Source of the DNA: Oligoflexia bacterium | GTDB lineage: Bacteria > Myxococcota_A > UBA796 > UBA2385 | Assembly (NCBI GenBank): GCA_013152105.1 | Contig: JAADHA010000514.1 | Span: 1-24,279, forward strand | Direction of reading: 5' to 3' | Length of the DNA stretch: 24,279 bases | In this document: positions 23,909 to 24,279 of the stretch, piece after piece | How the letters are laid out: every line of letters starts with the position of its first letter | How positions within the stretch are numbered: position 1 is the first letter of the stretch | Notes under the pieces: generated by a model | Told to the model about the DNA's origin: nothing | Database searches by the model: none | The model's input: the letters and a program-made list of their open reading frames with translations, nothing else | Program-made: the position numbers and the translations under genes

Positions 23909-24279
23909 ATGACCGACGCCGCTTCTCCAGCCAGCTCCAACTCGGGCTCTCAGGCTGACTCGCCGGCGGGTCTCACGCTTGCACTCATCGGCGCCACCGG
24001 AGCGGTGGGGTCCGACTTGCTGGCGACCCTCCATCGCTCGGCCCTGCCGATTCGCGAGCTGCGCCTGTTGGCGGGGGCTGGCAGTGCGGGCAAGACCGTC
24101 GACGTAGAGGGGCAGCCACAGCGTGTGCATGCGCTAGTGGGAGACCCTCGCGAATCGCCCTTGCTGGAGGGGGTCGATCTCGTCTTCCTCGCCGTACCGC
24201 CAGAGCCGGCTCGTGGTCTGGGCATGGCGCTCGCAGAGAGCGGCGTGATGGTCATTGACATCGGCGGGGCGCTGGCGGA
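23909..24279 (+). CDS. asd: Aspartate-semialdehyde dehydrogenase family protein (Asd/Usg-like), 3'-partial
   Basis: GAGGA SD, ATG 23909, open to the window end: LALIGATGAVGSDLL..L....LP..EL.LLA...SAGK...GVDLVFLA...G..VIDIGGALA. Absent from the ORF track. The catalytic region lies outside the window. Confidence 0.8.
   Translation, partial: MTDAASPASSNSGSQADSPAGLTLALIGATGAVGSDLLATLHRSALPIRELRLLAGAGSAGKTVDVEGQPQRVHALVGDPRESPLLEGVDLVFLAVPPEPARGLGMALAESGVMVIDIGGALA

Overview
High-GC bacterial DNA. The PEGA and AgmX/TonB-C-like domains, three-PDZ RseP and paralogous Hsp70s suggest a Myxococcota/deltaproteobacterial-type genome (inference). The window has two parts. (1) 1-8700 is an accessory minus-strand run: Hsp70-vWA fusion, GrpE, a lidless Hsp70 with a ~100 aa Pro-rich insert, a single-pass membrane protein with two HPD-less J-like domains plus PEGA and AgmX/TonB-C-like domains, a HATPase_c_4-type protein lacking its usual Schlafen/AlbA_2 domain, and a ParA-family ATPase. 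A small partial ORF converges on this run from the left edge. (2) 8800-24279 is mostly housekeeping: YceF-type maf, family-4 UDG, a 4-domain S1 protein, queA-tgt-yajC-secD-secF, ihfB, a secreted hypothetical, PIN-PhoH, rlmB, rseP, tsaB and a partial asd/usg-like gene. The best candidate for an undescribed system is the membrane-tethered dual-Hsp70/GrpE/J-like cassette. In it the J-domain HPD motif, the DnaK R167-equivalent residue, the hydrophobic interdomain linker and the helical lid all deviate from the canonical forms. No rRNA, tRNA, CRISPR array, transposase or integrase was seen. All family assignments are by-eye motif recognition; no database searches were run.
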